Shown: positions 63,347-64,000 of the stretch, piece after piece | How the letters are laid out: each line of letters begins with the position of its first letter | Numbering within the stretch: position 1 is the stretch's first letter | NCBI GenBank assembly: GCA_038131935.1 | Contig: JAYPQH010000032.1 | Location: 64,001 to 128,000 of the forward strand | Direction: 5' to 3' | Source of the DNA: Alphaproteobacteria bacterium | GTDB taxonomy: Bacteria > Pseudomonadota > Alphaproteobacteria > UBA8317 | Length of the DNA: 64,000 nt | Translations under genes and position numbers: made by a program | The notes under the pieces: generated by a model | Told to the model about the DNA's origin: nothing | What the model saw: only the letters and a program-made list of their open reading frames with translations | The model's database searches: none

Positions 63347-64000
63347 TTAAGATAAACCAAACATTTTTTTGGGATCGTAATGTTTATCCCAATCTGCACG
63401 TACGCGAACTTGAATAAATAAATGAATAGGACGCCCCCATGCCCGGGCAAGTGCTTCCCGAGCTGTTTTGCCGATATGTTTTACCGTTTTACCTTGCCGC
63501 CCCAAGACCAACGCCTTCTGACCATCCCGTTTTACAGTAATCAAAATGTGAATAGCCGCTGAGCCATCTGCCCTCTCAAGGAAACGCTCTGTTTCAACAA
63601 GCGCATCATAGGGAAGTTCTTGATGAAGCACATCATACAAGTGCTCACGAACTGTTTCTGCAGCAAGAACCCGCATGGGCATATCAGTCAAGGTGTCTTC
63701 ATCATAATGCCAGATTTCTGTGGGCATCTTCTTGGCGATTGCTGATATCAAATCATCCATTCCTTGATGTGTCGTTGATGATACATAATGAATTTCTTCA
63801 AAAGGATATGCATCCATAAATTGCTCACTGAGTGGCAACAACGACATTTTATCTTCGAGTAAATCCACCTTGTTCAACACCAAGATGACCGGCGTTTGGG
63901 CCACACGTAATTTTGCCAAAACCTTTTCCACAAGAGTGCATTTGCCACGCTGAGCATCGACCACAAGGATCAATAAATCCATATCACGCGTCGCGTCTTC
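63347..64000 (-). CDS. era: GTPase Era (5' truncated by window edge)
   Basis: 'NKVD', 'AAETVRE', 'HQELPY', KH-domain segment; upstream of recO. Confidence 0.93.
   Translation of the reverse strand, partial: EDATRDMDLLILVVDAQRGKCTLVEKVLAKLRVAQTPVILVLNKVDLLEDKMSLLPLSEQFMDAYPFEEIHYVSSTTHQGMDDLISAIAKKMPTEIWHYDEDTLTDMPMRVLAAETVREHLYDVLHQELPYDALVETERFLERADGSAAIHILITVKRDGQKALVLGRQGKTVKHIGKTAREALARAWGRPIHLFIQVRVRADWDKHYDPKKMFGLS

Noticed and set aside
1-64000. CRISPR arrays, IS elements, prophage, defence systems, rRNA; many short antisense ORFs in the track
   Set aside because: No repeat-spacer periodicity or transposase, integrase, nuclease or phage motifs seen; the short ORFs are shadows of well-supported genes

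Overview
A 64 kb, densely coded chromosomal segment of an alphaproteobacterium, inferred from its conserved blocks (ihfA-MerR-tRNA-Pro, Cbp3-like/YceD-rpmF-plsX-fabH, glyA-nrdR-rib-nusB, era-recO-parC). GC looks low-to-mid 40s % by eye and spacers are short, as in streamlined marine lineages (inference). The right part (about 42.9-64 kb) is mostly core housekeeping. The left part (about 3-40 kb, interrupted by rpsI-rplM-ctaA) is unusually rich in organic-acid and sugar-acid catabolic enzymes: otnK-otnC-otnI, a TarD-like D-tartrate dehydratase, a tartrate dehydrogenase, an XylD-like dehydratase with a keto-deoxy-acid SDR, two more enolase-superfamily enzymes, two HpcH aldolases, a KDA-dehydratase-like DHDPS protein, a YihU-like reductase, two acyl-CoA ligases (one paired with a tandem PPC/DUF296 protein) and four alpha/beta hydrolases. 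That region has no recognisable ABC/TRAP importer or classical DNA-binding regulator. Two small membrane-protein genes missed by the ORF track were found (12345-12449 and 40244-40369); the first has a PhaR-box match, a LysR-type dyad and a double-hairpin 3' end. About a dozen genes, including rplM and nusB, carry 1-nt indels, mostly in homopolymers, so split and fused ORFs are most likely long-read assembly errors. No CRISPR, IS, prophage or rRNA was seen. Family calls come from recalled motifs, not database searches.
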